DNA of 64,000 nt, taken from positions 29,016,001 to 29,080,000 of the forward strand of contig OZ281497.1 of NCBI GenBank assembly GCA_965637545.1, written 5' to 3'. Numbering within the stretch: position 1 is the stretch's first letter; each line of letters begins with the position of its first letter. This document shows positions 1 to 14,007 of the stretch, in pieces. Under the pieces are notes generated by a model that saw nothing but the letters and a program-made list of their open reading frames with translations, did no database searches and had not been told where the DNA came from. The position numbers and the translations under genes were made by a program. This DNA is from Phallusia mammillata (taxonomy: Eukaryota).

Positions 1-88
1 TACCTTTAAATTAGATCACTTTGTTCAGAAACTATAACATGGGTTTGGTGCTATTGGTAATGTCGTCAATTTAAACTTTTTTTTGTAG

Positions 89-1380
89 GAATGCACACCC
101 AGTGAGAACTGCAAATAAGAGTGTCTTCATCGATACTAGTAGGTGAAAACAGAAGTAACGTTTATTTTTGCCATGGCTAAAAATTGGAGTAAATCATTTG
201 GATTTTGTTTTAAATAGTTGGAAATAGTCAATGCACTGGAACACACAACAATCCACCGATGTTCGTCATCAACTCCGTACAACGTACTGCGTCACACAAA
301 CATCCAGTTCATGACGTCAAATCATGTGGTGTCACACAAGGTTTATATTCACAGGCGTATTACTACCATTAAGAAACTACATAGGTTCGATTTAGCAATT
401 AACCTCCTTTAAACATCCTACCGTATGAAGGAGGTGTGTACCGGAAACTGCTAGTTCATAAATAAGCGCGATGTTGGGTCAATTGGCCATTGCATTCCTC
501 ATTTTTGTTTGTATTGTTGATTGGCCATTACGTTTTTAAACTGGAATAATTGGACTAATGGCCAAAAATAAAACATGAATCGAATTGATCAAAAACGTTT
601 TTTTTTTAAGTATTACTTCTTTCCAACCAAATGTCCCCAATATCAGTATTTTTTGTATTCCGCTGACTTTTTAAATGGAAGGCAAAACGTTAGCAAAAAG
701 TTATGTATGTTAAATCGAATAGCTTGTTCACCATAATTACTTCAGTATAAGTTGAATTAAAACATTGTTTAATATAACATAAATATTAACCTGATTTTTG
801 TGAAACGCTTATCATATGTCTGTGCAATGCATTGTAAAAATTATTTCTTCAACAGCTGATAAACGCCAAACCGAAGAAACTTGTAACATTTCTCAAATTC
901 TAAAAAGCGGTTTCGTCGAACCAGTTAATCATGAAATTGATGACATCAACCAATATGACGAAACCCGGAAGACGTTGCACAGTCAGCACCTGAAAGAAAC
1001 GTGCAACATTCCAGAAACTGAAAAACCGCCATCACATCAACAAACCGATGACGTCAACCATTATGACGCAATCCGGGAGTCACGTCATCGGTGCTGACGA
1101 AGTTGCACAACCAACAGCAGGAAGCAGCGATGTCTATGCTCAGCTCAGAAAGTTGAAACAATCAACAAAGGTTCACGACAATGGACAACAATCACATGTT
1201 CGGAAATATAATCACAATCAATTGGATGAAGTCAGTTACGACACTTTGCAAATATCTCAACATTTGGAAGTCCACGATCAATTTGCAAGCGGCTCCAATT
1301 CAACTAATGTCTAAGATAATAAACACAGGGCTGATGACGAATCGGATCCAACTTACGATGAACTACGACGTGACAACTAA
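89..1380 (+). pseudogene. C-type lectin receptor copy 0, 3' cytoplasmic exons only (89-138, 218-340, 856-1380); 5' part lies outside the window
   Basis: Exon sizes and phases match the paralogs downstream (50-nt exon; GN..T.HNNPP exon). The last exon reads ...DDVNHYDAI / frameshift near 1075 / SDVYAQLRKL...DEVSYDTL...TNV*(1312)...DPTYDELRRDN*. Confidence 0.8.
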
Positions 1381-2479
1381 ACAAAAAAAACACATATATT
1401 TATTTTAAAACTTTAATCGAAAGTCCATTTTTTGTAATTACAGACAGTAACAAAGTCGATTTGAAAGCTTTTGACAAACGTTTACGACATTTTATGTACA
1501 CATACATTTTTTACTTAAGGGTTTCCAACGAAGAAAGGCTTTGCGCACCAACCAACAAAAATTTTAGCTACGTATAAGCGCAGAAATTGCTGGGTTAACA
1601 TTTGTCTTGATACTCACTGGTCCAAAGCAGACAGCTAGATTTCAAAATTTGCGTTTTTTGCACATTTAAGCCCAGAATTGAAAAACCTGTATTGGCCAGT
1701 TCGAACCTTTTCCTCCAAAAAGGACTCTTGCATTATATGTTTATTTACACATTTTAATGATAAACAACCGTGTGATTAGCAGGATAAATGAATTACGTAA
1801 ACGTCAACTTATAACTTTCGGAACTATTGTATGCATGTTGTGTATGTTTGCCGGCAATTGTAAAAATTGTAGTTAAAAAATTGTGTCATAAAAATTGTAA
1901 GCTTTTTCTGTTATTCCGATTTGTAACATAGAAAGGCTTTCAAGCAGAAAATGACATGCAATAAATGTAACTGTGCATATTACTGGTTTCAACCATTGAA
2001 CAAAAGTTCAAGCTTATGTCATAACCGGGCAATATTTAGAATATTCAAATTATATTCAAATTTCACGTGACAAATTTGTTGTATCATGTATTTATTTATC
2101 ACTTATCACATTTGCTTGTCAGCTTTATAGTTTGAACGTTGCATACCAAACGTTGTTTTGTAAACGACGAAAACTTTAAATCAGCTTGATATAGTTGTAG
2201 AAATATCTACCTATTCAATAGACTTGAATGTCAGTAATATTGATAAATTGTACGGTATTGTGGCACCTCTCTTGCATGTTTACAATCGTGTTCATCGAAG
2301 CGTGTGTTTTTTCTTTTTCTCGCATTGTCGTTGTCCCCTTATCAGCGCGTTTTATGGTTGCGCGGTCTTCTATTATTAAACTGCTGTTGAATAAAGCATC
2401 CGCTTTAGTACAAACAAATATATCCATGTACGCAAACTCGTATCTGAGTTAACGCTATATTTTAAGGAATCGTTTAACG

Positions 2480-2616
2480 CTGTGTATTCCATTGAAATAA
2501 CTCCAGTCTGCTCATATGTTGAAGCAGAAATAGGATGATCTGCGTTGCAAGCTAATGTAGTTAACGTTAAACTGAACATGTCTTTCAATATTAAAAGGAA
2601 CTTTTGGACCAAGCAA
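2480..2616 (+). pseudogene. Degenerate orphan exon 1 (CTLD N-terminal half) of the lectin family
   Basis: Reads EITPVCSYVEAEIG*SALQANVVNVKLN, matching EMTSVTSYAEAEMGCSALQANVADVK at 15559; contains an in-frame stop. Confidence 0.65.
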
Positions 2617-2884
2617 GTAATTGTTTGACCGCACAACATTTGTCATAGCTTTTCATATTTGTGACCCGACATCATTGTTTCATTTAAAATGCGCCCTCTG
2701 GGCTAATTTAGGAAGTTGAGTCCGATACGTAAAAAAACATACGACATATCAAATTTAGACAATTGGTCCACCAGAGAAAAAGAGTTGTTACCAGACCAAA
2801 AGTCGTCCCTGAACCCATTCCAAACATCACACACCGATCCAAACTCATGATGCATACACACCCACATATCACTCGTTACGCACT

Positions 2885-3970
2885 CAAACGTAAGAGGAAG
2901 CGTCAATTGGCAAAACCTTTTACTGCTTACAAGTGTCACAGGCACAGGGTATAATAAACACTGGTTTGGACAAAAACTAACATATTGATGGGGATAAAGC
3001 AAAATGTTGTAGCCAACGTCAAAACACAAGTCATGTAATTTATAAAGACATGTATAAACTTTGGTACTTAAGACTTGGCACTTAAGTCCAAATATGAGGC
3101 AATAAAATATCATTGAAAAAGCATGTAATACCTTAAAGCAGTGATGCTTAATGTATTCCAGTAACTAACTTAGTTGAGAGTGTAGTTGATGGCTGCTAAG
3201 TGTGGGTGTAATAATAAATACCTCGCATCATATCACGCAACATCCGCTATTGTTCCAAGTCATTTCAAACTTTAATCTATTCTTATTACTACCGTGTGGA
3301 GCTTGCAAACTATTTTCTTCTGAACCCTCTCAGATAATTTGATCGAGAGTTTATGGTAGCACAGGATTCGAAGGGTTTTGCCTGAGCAATTCATCACAAG
3401 CAAATAGTTTTGGTGTTGAGGTTCTGTTGATGCATGATCATACACGAGTTGCAAACACGAGTTAATGTGTCTGAAGCGGATTGCCGGAACGAGTTCTGTG
3501 TGTTAAACAGCAGCTCTGCTTGCAAAACGTACAAATAAAATATTTGTGGCACTACGGTTGTGGAAAAGCGGAGTTAGTTTGTGAAATCATGCCATTATAA
3601 GAAGTAGAGCCTGATCTTTGTTGAGTTTATTTCACTTACAGATAAAACTACCAAAGCTAAAATAGCAACACAATTAGAGAACGCGTCAAATAAAACAGTA
3701 TTTTAAGAAAATTGAGACCAAAGTAGGGCAAGAATATACTACAATTTAATTGTATTAGGGATGAATGTATGGTTAAATTTTGATATTGTGTCACAGATTA
3801 ACTAACAAACAATATGAATTCCTAATTTTTTCTGGTTTTATTGATGTGCGCGATGGCTGATTCGAGAACTTGGCTTGAATTTCAGAAGTTTCAATATTCT
3901 GTTGAAATACCTACAGTCACTTTATATGCCGAAGCAGAGAAGGGATGCTCTGCGTTGCAAGCTAATGTGG
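2885..3970. repeat. Local segmental duplication, copy 1 (copy 2 at ~5700-6795): ~1.1 kb of upstream region plus lectin exon 1
   Basis: Colinear near-identical blocks, e.g. aaacgtaagaggaagcg/aaacctaagaggaagcg, gttttgcctgagcaattcatcacaagcaaat, ccaaagctaaaatagca, tgtcacagattaactaacaaacaatatgaatt. Confidence 0.85.
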
Positions 3971-4001
3971 CCAAGAGAAGGGATGCTCTGCGTTGCAAGC
4001 T
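3814..4001 (+). pseudogene. Truncated lectin exon 1 copy (frameshift after ATG, internal ~27-nt duplication, no downstream exons)
   Basis: Starts ATG AAT TCC TAA; reads LMCAMADSRTWLEFQKFQYSVEIPTVTLYAEAEKGCSALQANV; agagaagggatgctctgcgttgcaagct occurs twice. Confidence 0.75.
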
Positions 4002-5699
4002 CAATTTAACTTTGGCGCAAATAAAAACGCTCGGCAAACAGTTTAATTTGGTTGTAACTACATTGCATGTAATTTCTTGCTTAATTTTGTTTTTCGTTAA
4101 AAATGTGGCATACGTTTCTGCGATTTACATTAAGTTCGAATTACATGGCGTAACATTCGTACGTAAAAGCATCGTTTTATGTTGTATCATTCCAAAATGA
4201 AAACTGATCTCTGGGGTTGCCGACCCATGATTAAAACTTATAAACAACATTCGTGACAATATACAAGTAAAAATAAACAAATGTGGGAAATTTAGATTCG
4301 GTATAAGGTATATATTAAGTAAGACTAGTGGGTATCGTTAGAGTTAAGCTACAGGTTTTAGGATAAGAATTGACTGAGTAAATTCGATAGAAATTTGAAA
4401 TCCACTGAAGTGATGCGCCAAGTCTGGGCCTTAACTGATAAGGATAAATGCATATGCAACAAAATTAACAACACCATGTTTGTTGAATAATTTATCAACC
4501 CCTTTAATTTATATTACTTTTTGAAATCTTCTAGGCCAATTTCATGAAATGCCAAGTCTAAAAATACGACATAGTCAAGGGGTCGCAAACTATTAAAAAT
4601 ATCTAGTTTCTAGTTTCTGGAAAACTTATATTTTAAATCGTTGTAAACTTGACTGTCCTTAATTTTATTCTACCTGTGTTTTCAATACATCTCTGCGAAC
4701 ACTTCAGATAGCATCAATCAATTATTATAAGGTAGTCATTTTGGACCAAACCGGTGTAAATGGGCTAAGAACTTCTCACGAATCTCGATGAGTAACAACC
4801 AAATCTATTTATTGCAAACGTTTATAGCGTGAAATTTACATAACATTTGAATATTCTTACGATCGCTCACATCAAATTGAACCTTGTAGGATTGGAAAGC
4901 GCAGAGCGTTTGTAACTCGGTAAAACCAGTAACACGAACATGCTCATTCAAATTATGCAATGTCTGATTGGTTTCCAAGTTTAAAAACTGTCTTGTTCTT
5001 ATTTGTTAAAAATGTGGTATAAAAAATGTCGGCAATTTTTTTTCTTGACGTTAAATTTACGATTTGTTAACATTTATGCATTACATACAAAATTCCAAAT
5101 AGTATTGATAACTTGTTTTATCACATGCGTGAAGCTAATGGCAATCTACAGATAACACACAAAATAACAGCCTATATTTTGGTATAAGTATAACACAGTA
5201 CACATGCAGCGTGGACGGGAAAGTCTACGTTAGACCAGTGGATATCCCCAGTGGAGTCATTTTACGGCTAAAACATACAGTGCAACCAAAAATAGCATTA
5301 GATTTGGTCATGATATATACAGGGTAATTAGTGCGCCAAATTTACAATGTTTTCTACAATACATCGGTGAAGCAAATGAACATAACAGAAAAAAGAATTA
5401 TCATCAATTGATCGTAGTTTGTCATTTTTATTTTTGACTTCGTAATTCATCGTAAGTTAAATCCGATAAATCCGACACTGTTTTTATCTATATTAGGTGT
5501 TTCTGATGCAAGTTGATTCTTCATTTACAACAGTCAACCTTGGTGCAACTGGTTCGGTCAACCCATCAACCCATTTGGAAATATCCTGGTGGTATCTAAA
5601 GTATCACCAGCCTTTAATAAAAATTCCTAACCTTTACCCGAACTTCCGGTGAAGAAACCAAATGCTCGGTCAACCCATGCGCGCAGAAGGTTAAGCACT

Positions 5700-6795
5700 A
5701 AAACCTAAGAGGAAGCGGCAACTAGCATACAGTGATTTTTTCGACAAGTTTGGAATGTTTTTAATGCTTACAATTGCCACGGCACAACAGTTTGATAAAG
5801 ACTGGGTGAGATGAAAACTAACATATTGATGGGGATCGAGCAATTGTTTAAGTCAAAGTAGCTAACTTCAAAACTAGAAACCTTTTAAGTTTCTAAAGTC
5901 ATGCATAAACTTAAAAGATTGCCACTTATGTAGAACATGTGGCAATAAAATATAATTGAAAAAACAGGTAAATCTTCGAGTAGTGATACGTAATGTAATC
6001 CAGTAACTAGTTGAGCCGTAAAGTTGATGGGTGTTGTGTAGGTGTATTAGTACCTTGCGTCATATAACGCAATATCCGCTGCAGTTCCAAGTCACTGGAA
6101 TCTTCAATCTATACTTATTAATTACTTCCTCGTAGCCCTTGTAAACTTTTCCTCTTAGACCCTCTCGGATAATTTAATCGAGAGTTTACGGTAGCAAAGG
6201 ATTTAAAGAGTTTTGCCTGAGCAATTCATCACAAGCAAATTGTATTTGGTGGTGACGTTCTGTTGATGCGTGATCACAAACGAGTTACAAACACGAGTAA
6301 GTGTGTCTGAAGCGGGTTGCCGGAACGAGCATCGTGTGTTAAACAGTAGCTCTGCTTGCAAAACGTACAAAACAGATATTTGTGGCATTAGGATTGTGGA
6401 AAAGCGGAGTAAATTTGTGAACTGACATGCGCTGTTTGCAAGAATTCGAACCTGAGCGGTGTTGAGTTTATTTCAATTGCAGATACAAATACCAAAGCTA
6501 AAATAGCAGCATAATTAGAGAACACGACGAATAAAACAGCATAAAATTGCGACCAAAGTACATTACCATTTAACTGTATTAGGGATTAACCTATGGTTAA
6601 GTGTTGCTTTTGTGTCACAGATTAACTAACAAACAATATGAATTCTAACATATTCTTGATTTTATTGATGTGCGCGATGTCTGATTCGCGAACCTGGCAC
6701 GAATTCCAGAACTTTCAATATTCTATTGAACTGACTACAGTCACTTCATATGCTAAAGCAGAGATGGGATGTTCTGCGTTGCAAGCTAATGTAGC
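5700..6795. repeat. Local segmental duplication, copy 2 (see 2885-3970)
   Basis: Colinear identity with 2885-3970. Confidence 0.85.
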
Positions 6796-9700
6796 CAACG
6801 TCAAAACCACGGCAATCTTTGATTTTTTAAAGCTCCATATAAATGTGACAGGTAAAAAAATTGATTTTTCACATACGATATTTAATGTTTGTGTCTACAA
6901 GTGTTTAAACTTGAAATATTAATGTTCATTGTGTGCAATAGGGCTTGTATTTAGAGTTTAGATCTAAGCCCAAAACAAGTGTAGACTTTTAAGCAGATCT
7001 AGAAGACATCGGTTTCAAAGATTTCTATGTAACAGACAAAGCCGATTGATGCATCCAGGTGCTAAATATTTATTCAAGCTCGTAAAAACATTGGCAATCT
7101 GTGAAGACCCCAGAAAAAGCAAAAGTTTGCCTGCCTTGATGTAAAGCTACTAAAGTTATCACGCACTTGAGCGGTCCTTATCTCTCCGTATCTCTTTTTG
7201 TTTTATTATCTTAATTTTAAACTTAAACGGTAAACGGTGCGCCGCACTTTTAAAAACTTTAAAAATTAAAAACTTGCCACAATTCTTTATAAATGTAAGC
7301 TGAAAACACAAAAAATAGTTGGTCCTGGATTGGTATAGTAGGTCCCATGGCAGCTTTATTTGTTACTAATTAGCGTACACCTAAAATTTTGTGATTGTTT
7401 ACGTCCAAAACGATTAACTTATTATATTGTCAATTGTTTTCCACTAAAGTTTACATTTATAGAACTTACAAACAATGACTCAAACAAAATTTTATTTTAA
7501 AACCAGGTGAACCTTATTGCTTTTACATCGGAGCAATGAGAAACACAAGCACTGGTTTGTTTCAATGGAACGATGGAAGTGACGTCACAACTACTCAGTG
7601 GTATCTGAACCAGCCAAACAACTTCGGAGGGAAAGAGAATTGTATAACCATGGGCGATGCTTTTAACGTTAGATCATCTTTTCCATGGTTTGATGTACCG
7701 TGCACATATTTTTCCAGATATATTTGTGAGAAACCCATTCCAAGTAAGTCACCATATAAGGTATTCATTGCTGAATGGGGTTGCAAAGAAAAAAAACGAG
7801 TCACAACATTTACAGAACACGCATGTCACTATCTTTGTTTGAAATGTTTGTTTTTTTCAGAACAACTAATTTTAAATGTATTGGAACGAAATTGCGTTTG
7901 CTGTTACTTGCATTAAAATGGAACTGTCGACACAAAGCGATCTAGAATGAAAGCTGACCGCGATCCGCAAATGGCTTTATCTATTATGATATAACTACGA
8001 GTTGTATTGTTGGTAGCACAGAAAAAATATATTTGGGTGTAGTAATGTATATGTGTATATCAAATCTGCTAGCTTATTAGACATTACTAATGAGTAGGAA
8101 ACAAAGTCGCATTGTATTAAAATAAACGCTTAAGAGATTATTTACAAAATCCCTAAAAAGGGATTGCCATGTAAAAAAGATCGAAAACCACTAACATAAT
8201 TTTAAAGTTTGCTAGCAATTATACGTAAGAATCGACTTCATACTAAAAGGTATCATATTTATGTGAAGGTTCATCTTTTATAATTCACGTGCATATAATA
8301 ATAATCATTTATTCCGCATTTAGAAAAATATTTTTGATTTTGGTGTAATAAACTGTATTTTCTTTTATTTATTATAGCAATCACGTTGATTAGTGCAACC
8401 AGCAAGGAGGTGTTATCAACTACCACTGCAACAACAGTCACACCAACCACCACTACCAAAGGAACCACGACCACTTTAATAACCACACCAAGTGTGACAT
8501 TGATCACTAAATCACCATTGTCAAGCACAACAACCAACAACATCGTTCCAGTAACAACCCCCAGAACATTGACATCACCAAAAACTACCATTACCGCAAG
8601 CATATTTCCAAAATGTAATCTATTTCGCATATGGGGCTTTTTTAACCAATCACAGGTATCGTTTTCACCGCCGCTTCGTCAGTCCAAACCAATCAGAGAA
8701 CACTTTGCCTTTGACCAATCACAGGACACGATGCGTGACAACCATGCAATCAACTTATTTTAAATTTTAAGTTCCGTTTCGCAGGTGTAGCTTTTTCATT
8801 AGCATTGCTTAGAGTTATGCCAGTTTAAGCATATGTATGTAGTTTTAATGGTAATAGCATTGTTTATAGTGATGCCAGTGTAAGCGTACTATGCGTGTAG
8901 TTTTAATAGTAATGGTAATTAAATTAAAAAAAACTGAACTTTAGTTGTTGTGTAGGCAAAACCATAGACCTTTAAAGTTGCAGCTAAAACTCAAAAAATA
9001 GAAGCACAACATTTCGTAGAAGCACTTGCTGGATTGGTAGTAACAAAAGAAAGAACCGAAATGTTTTTTGGAGGAAAAAACTTCAGCAGAAGAATAGTCA
9101 AATTGGCTTGGATAGAGTGGACAGTCTTTCTGCAGATGTGAAATCTCTGATACAAGCTGGAATTCCAATTTGTCTTTGTACCAGCAAAAATTTATCCAAA
9201 TTTGACCTTGAATTTTTGTCAAAAAATTGGTTTGGTCAACCAATCTGACGACTGGGGGTTGGTCCAAATTTTGACCGTGTATCAAGCCAAATTGGGGACA
9301 GCTATGTCAATGAAGTTAATTATTTGAGCCCTAATTTATACCGATTTAATTTCCAATAAATGTGTATCAAACATTTTCTAGTCCTAAAAAAACCAGTGCA
9401 ATTAAATTCAACACTCTATGCCTTGTATCTATAAATGTTTAAGTCAAACTTAACACCGAGGCAACTTAACAAATGCAATCAAATAGGACCAAGTTGCTTG
9501 TAGCAGATAAAGAAGTGCAGTTGCCAACAACCACTCTTATCCAAAGCACACTATTTCAGGATTGAGTGCTGTATCATTGTAGGACATTTATTGTTGCCGC
9601 ATGGAAGTATGCTTAAGCCTCAGCATTTTCGACGATGTTTGTGTCATTATTAATTTGATCATGAACATATCATAACTCAATAGAACAATCTTCACAAGAG

Positions 9701-12700
9701 ATTGTATATATTTATGTATATTTTCTGAAAAAAAGAACCTCTACATTGCCAAAACTATCAAACTTCGGAAAGGATAGACTACAGAAAAAGTCTGGCTGAC
9801 CTGACACAAGCATTTCAAAATTTATGTGTAATGTATAATTGGGGTCTTAAAAAAGTTATTTCAGATTGACGCAGTGCATTCCAGTGTGTCAGATTGACAC
9901 AGTGCAATCCAAAAATGTTTTAATGTGTATGTATTGTCTCAAAAGATTATGAAAAGTATTGTTACATTTTAAAGATCTGTTAACTTGTGAAACTAATATG
10001 TGCAACTTGTTTCATATTGGTGATAAAATGTGATTAATGTTTGTTTAATAAAAATGAAATGGTTTTGGATATTTGTGGAAAGAAAAGACAACAAATTAAA
10101 ATTGACTGCTTGCTTATGGTTAAACACTATGCCTGCCTTTTTTAAAGTCATCATTATGCTTGCCATTTTCCAGTTTATTAATTACACATATACGACCACA
10201 AGACTCACGAAGGCAGTGCAATTCGGGAGGCTTATACAGGACACTTTAACGGATACACTGCAGAAAATGAAAAATTTGGTGTACTAGGTAAATTGGTAGT
10301 GAACAAAAAGGTTTTTCAGGCCTAAATTTTTTTAATGACAACAAGGTCAAGGCAACCAGTAGTTTTGACACCAATATAAACAACACTAGTTTTTGACAAG
10401 GACATTAATGTGAGGTTTCCAACATGTTTATACAATCATACTATACCAAAATCTAAAATAGAATGATGGTATTTCATTTTATTATTTCCAACTATTGACC
10501 ACGAAAGCTTTCGTTTACACATTTTAAATATCTTTTACAGAACCTCAGGATTTGATACATGTGTTTTGCCCCACCATAACTTAAATGAGTGCTTTTTGGA
10601 AGGAGGTGCATAGGCAATTATTGTTCTGTACTTGCCAAAAACAATTTTAGGACAGATTGGAGAGGTCAACAAATCAACTGACATGGGCCTATATGCTATT
10701 AAAAAAAAATAGCACCCACAAACACTTGGTTACAAGAAAATAACACAGCATTTGAACTGGGTATTTGTATAATCCAAAGGTTGTTAACAACAAAAGATGT
10801 CAACTCATTACAGAATTGATAGTACACTGCAAAAAATAATGGCTCACTATTGAGCCATAAGGACCAACCTTTAACTGTACTGACTCATTTTTCCCTTATT
10901 TTTTGACTGGAAATGAGCCGAAACCATTTTTAATTTTCAGCCAACAAACTTTTAGTGTGAAAGTAGAAACATGGCTCATTACAAGCCGATACTGGATTGA
11001 TATAAGCCATGTTTAAAAAGATTTTTAAAATGGGCCATTCCAAACCATTTTTGGCTTGAATTCAGCCTTTTTTATTTTTTGGCTTCATAGCTAGCTAATT
11101 TTTTTTGCAGTGTAAGATTATACTGCTGATCACTGTAAACATTTTGGAAGTTTAAGCAGTATGTTGATTTCAGATATTTATGTCATTTAAAGTATGGTAA
11201 GTGATGGTGATTATAGGTCTCTATAGCCATACAGCCTTTTAAAAGTAGCTTTAAATATAAAAGACCAGCCCTCATTGTTGCCATTACATGCAAGCATTGC
11301 ATTTTAGTAAACATGAACACTTCTATCTTGCTGCTTGCTTTCACGATGCGATGGTATCTAAAACAAAATTGCATATATTTCTCTGAAAGTAGCCTGTGTG
11401 CTGCTGTGCATAATATCAGTAATTTTACAAAGAGAAAAATATAATCTATCTAGTTTATTGCAATACATTATATACTGGTCATTACCTGCACTTTTGTACT
11501 GAATGCTTCCATTTTCGCCATATTTTCAAAATAAAATATTATTTTGACTTGAAAAAGCAGTGACGACCTTACAACATCAAAAATACGCAAAGTAAACCAC
11601 TACGCAACGGCCTACGTGACGTAACGAAAGTCCGCAAAAATCCGCCCCTCTGATTGGTTAAAAAAGCCCCATATGCGAAATAGATTACATTTTGGAAATA
11701 TGCTTACCGCAACCGACACCACATGGTCCGTCACCATTTTTACCACATCCATCCGACCAAGCCAACCACCCTCAGAAACCAACACTCAACAAGGTAGTGA
11801 CTTTTCGCGAGTGTTTCTCACCAAAAAAACTATTTTCGTAGTCATCTGCATTACTAAAGTAAATGTCATTCGTTTTGCTTTAAGTTTTACTTTTAGGAAC
11901 ACCATACACCGGCTGTCAACTATATTAATTAGGCCAAACTTGTTTGCGCTTTAACAGGAAGCACTACCAACGTCACCGTAGCATTAGCAGCATGTGGGAG
12001 TGTAGTCATCATAATCTGCATTGTCGTTGCCATTGTGACGTTGCAAAAACGTAGAAGGAGGTAAGCGGCATGTTTGCAAAAGCAAAATGCTCGATATTGC
12101 TACAAAAAAAAACAAATTTTCGTTTTAGAAGTAACTTGTTTTTAATTTCTTAAATAAAGTTAACAAATGTACACATTTATATTGTCGACTTGTCAATAAA
12201 TGCATTTAATTCCCAGGCGCGAATTGTCAGTGAAGTTGGAAGAGGAAAGTGCATATGTCAACATAAGTAAGTACATTTGTTCAAAGCAGAGTAACAGTAA
12301 ATCAAAATACAACCATAGATAGATTGAACAAATATTTTGTCAAGCTTTACCGTCGACTTATACGAACCAATAACATTGATTTGGACTTGTCGGAATTCTT
12401 TATTTTTTGTCGTTTTTTGCACTTTATCTGTTTCCAGTGGTGACAAAAATAACACAAAGTGTGTTGTATTTGTTGTAAACAGGTGGAAATCGCCAGGTTG
12501 CAGAAACACACAACAATCCACCGATCTATGTCAATAACTCTGTACAATCCACGACGTCACCACAACAACCTGATGACATAGATCCTTATTACGTCGCCCA
12601 CAAACAAGGTACCGATGACGCAATCATTAATTCATAATATGGTGTTCATAGATGGGCAACATATACAGTAGAGTAGATGAACGAATATAGGCCTCGTCTA

Positions 12701-13125
12701 TTTGTAGTCAATTTTCATGTTTTATTATAAATCTGCTTTTTGGGCAGAAAATGTTTTGCAAATTGCGCTTGTTTTTTGTTTTTTTGTTATATATTTCGAC
12801 AATCGTCGGCAGTCCGAGAACTAAAAATCGCCCTTTGTCGTTCACGGGATTCGAACCCAGCATAATTACGGGGACGAAACCCGATCAGGTTTTGTATGTG
12901 GGTCAGGCGCGCCAGGCCATTCGGTCAAGTTCCCGCCCCCACTTGTTTGCACTTGTTTTATTAAATGGAATCCATTGTCCGTTTGTAGAAACCCACAAAG
13001 AACCCCGACCAACTTACGTCAATAACTCCGTACAACCAACCACGTCACAATCACAAGCTGATGACGACCATCCCTATTGCGTCAGCCAAGAACGACGTCC
13101 AGAGTACATAACATTTGATCCTTAA
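6638..13125 (+). CDS. C-type lectin-mucin-TM receptor copy 1; exons 6638-6851, 7507-7743, 8378-8599+11704-11793 (split by MULE), 11958-12060 (TM), 12217-12266, 12483-12608, 12989-13125
   Basis: Signal MNSNIFLILLMCAMS; CTLD FYIGA..FQWNDGS..QWYLNQPNNFGGKENC..WFDVPC..RYICEK; Thr-rich stalk; TM VTVALAACGSVVIIICIVVAIVTL-QKRRRR; tail SAYVNI, PIYVNN, PYYV, PTYVNN, EYITFDP*. Exon phases are consistent. Confidence 0.85.
8600..11703. mobile_element. Non-autonomous Mutator-like (MULE) DNA transposon, 3104 bp, inserted in the mucin exon
   Basis: Perfect 53-bp TIR GCATATTTCCAAAATGTAATCTATTTCGCATATGGGGCTTTTTTAACCAATCA (8600-8652 / 11651-11703); 9-bp TSD TTACCGCAA. A 9-bp TSD with G-starting TIRs fits MULE. 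No intact ORF. Confidence 0.85.
10825..11112. mobile_element. CACTG-ended MITE (EnSpm/CACTA-like), nested in the MULE
   Basis: Termini CACTGCAAAAAA...TTTTTTGCAGTG, with TA on both flanks. Confidence 0.7.
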
Positions 13126-14007
13126 TTAATAAGTTACTCTTTCTATTTTTGATTGCTAAAATACAGATATTTCTTCCCACCTTTTCTTTTTTAGTTTTAT
13201 TCTTTAGAACTCGCTGGTTAAAATGGATCTTCATAAGATTTAAAATGCATACCACAACAATCACGTTTCAGCAATTCCCACGGAAACTTTATTAGTTTAA
13301 CTCTGCCTCCAGCAAAATGTCCCCTTCGTCAATACATCCATACTTACCTGACATGTACTTGTATTTTTTGTATGAAAGCGGGCAGCAGTTATGGCTGAGC
13401 CACCCTCATTTTTGTTTTAGAAAACCCGAGTTACAGCCAAACTTGGTGGAATTGCTGCACAGATGGGACATAGTGTGAATTCAGTTTTATGTCCTCTTTG
13501 CTTAGTGTAAAGCGCAAACCGAACCAGAAAAGCCAGTCTCAAATTACAACTCTGTAACATCGGTGGTGGCGAGGAACGTAGTATATTCAAAATGTTGGAC
13601 TGGACACACATTAACTGCATGGTTAACAAAACAAAACAAAAAACTGTCTGTAAAATTTGGACGGGCCTTCGGTCGTTTATTTCCCGCCGCAGCACAGAGC
13701 CCCTCGGTAAGCTAACCTCGGTATGTGCAAAGCTGCTAAACCGTTTGCTTCAGTCTGGACACTAGTTGTCAGTATTGGGATCAAATAGACATAGAATAAC
13801 TAAAGCTGCTCTGAGCTAAAAAAAAACTGCTCTGAGCTGTTTCCATACTCTTGGCGTACACGTGTGTATGAAAGTAAAATATTTATTTTGTTTTCCGAAT
13901 CGCCTATTTTCAACGTTTGCAAAAAGTAAAATGTTAAACAGTCAAAACAAACGGATAATTACACTTAGTAAACTCAAACTTAAAACTTGCACTCATTATA
14001 ACATACT

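Noticed and set aside
8271-8630. Val-rich minus-strand ORFs (also 16442-16663)
   Set aside because: They are antisense shadows of Thr/Ser-rich mucin exons.
12800-12910. tRNA gene (GGGTTCGAATCC B-box on the minus strand)
   Set aside because: No cloverleaf or A-box could be built; at most a tRNA-derived SINE fragment.
13340-13350. ATACTTACCTG, the 5' end of U1 snRNA
   Set aside because: The match stops after 11 nt; no U1 stem-loops or Sm site follow.
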